A stretch of 62,273 bases of DNA, counting the filler. It is 11 parts of 11 records of this genome, joined end to end, with 100 filler letters (N's around TTAATTAATTAA, not from the genome) between each part and the next. Parts side by side here need not be neighbours in the genome. Positions count along the whole stretch, not along the records: positions 57,710 to 62,273 come from SRR20825010_4772; 10 more parts are not named here. One strand, written 5' to 3'. Below the pieces are notes generated by a model. The model worked only from the letters and a program-made list of their open reading frames with translations, was not told the DNA's origin and ran no database searches. The position numbers and the translations under genes are program-made. Shown one piece after another: positions 61,464-62,273 of this stretch. Each line of letters opens with the position of its first letter. The stretch's first letter is position 1.

Positions 61464-62261
61464 ATGGCCCGTGTTTCCGGCCGTTCCTGCATCGTGACCG
61501 GTGCAGCCCAAGGCATTGGCCGCGCTATCGGTGAGGCGCTTCTCGACGAAGGGGCCGATGTCTGTTTTGCCGACATCAATGGTGGCAAGGTCGCCGAGGT
61601 GGCGCAGGCCAATCGGGAAAGGGCACAGCGCGCCGGGGGGCAAGTGACCCATGCGCGGGTCGACGTAACCAGCCGGGAGCAGGTGCGGGCGATGATCGTT
61701 CACGCGGTTGATGTGTTCGGCAAGCTGGACGTCAAGTTCAACAATGCCGGCGTCAACAAACCGATGAATTTCCTGGACGTGACCGAGGAAAACTGGCGCT
61801 TTATCACGGATGTGAACGGGCTGGGTTGTCTGATTGGCATGCAGGAGGCCGCGCAGCAATTCATCCGCCAGGGCACGCCCGGCAAGATCATCAACACCGC
61901 CTCTATTGCCAGCCGTCAGGGATTCGGGAATGTTGCGCCATATTGCGCCTCCAAGTGGGGTGTGGTGTCTCTGACGCAGTCGGGCGCACGCGATCTGGCG
62001 CAGCATGATATCACCGTCACCGGGTTTGCGCCGGGGGTGGTGGCCACCGAAATGTGGGAACAGGTCGATCAGGATCTGATGGCGATTGGCGCGGCAGAGC
62101 GTCCGGGTCAGGCGATGGAGGAATTCTCTGCCGAGATCCTGAAGGGCCGTGTTGCAACGCCCGCGGACATCACCGGAACGACGACGTTCCTGGCATCAAA
62201 GGACAGCGACTACATGACCGGACAGATCGTGATGATCGATGGCGGCATGACGCTGGTGTGA
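61464..62261 (+). CDS. SDR dehydrogenase (sorbitol/acetoin-type)
   Basis: TGAAQGIG, NNAG, YCASK and APGVVATEMW. Confidence 0.92.
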   Translation: MARVSGRSCIVTGAAQGIGRAIGEALLDEGADVCFADINGGKVAEVAQANRERAQRAGGQVTHARVDVTSREQVRAMIVHAVDVFGKLDVKFNNAGVNKPMNFLDVTEENWRFITDVNGLGCLIGMQEAAQQFIRQGTPGKIINTASIASRQGFGNVAPYCASKWGVVSLTQSGARDLAQHDITVTGFAPGVVATEMWEQVDQDLMAIGAAERPGQAMEEFSAEILKGRVATPADITGTTTFLASKDSDYMTGQIVMIDGGMTLV

Positions 62262-62273
62262 CTGCCACACAGG

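Overview
This window is not one continuous locus. It is 11 unrelated contigs joined by 100-bp synthetic spacers (N-run, TTAATTAATTAA, N-run), so no gene neighbourhood crosses a spacer. Most contigs look alphaproteobacterial; 35303-39838 looks gammaproteobacterial and 44922-51113 is an AT-richer polysaccharide locus. Contents by contig: (1) pobA/pobR, an AAA kinase and an rpe-heparinase-wecA-capD operon. (2) A DUF1127 gene with a downstream cluster of C-rich-loop hairpins, a methyltransferase, a quinone oxidoreductase and a stable-RNA-type promoter. (3) tRNA-Leu(CAA) next to an integrase apparently cut by an IS end, then yqaA, dsbB and kdsD. (4) bioB and bioA split by a two-gene GIY-YIG cassette with a structured leader, an orphan ParA with a membrane-anchored SPOR partner, TetR/SDR, HAD/P450, TerB and MMPL genes. 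(5) nrdA with candidate NrdR and DnaA boxes, a downstream GIY-YIG gene and pip. (6) An amino-acid ABC uptake and catabolism cluster. (7) metG and a hybrid histidine kinase. (8) ffh-rpsP-rimM-trmD-rplS, a TauE transporter and leuC. (9) An O-antigen-type cluster. (10) An integrative element with hisC-like, MFS and LysR cargo and a large serine recombinase whose ORF runs in frame through three att-like repeats into the 3' end of tRNA-fMet. (11) A sugar/polyol locus with a winged-HTH/solute-binding-protein fusion and tandem palindromic operators. The strongest candidates for undescribed biology are the in-frame att-site stack, the ParA-peptide/TM/SPOR module, the wHTH-SBP regulator with its operator and the DUF1127-linked anti-SD sRNA. 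All assignments come from motif recognition by eye; no database search was run.
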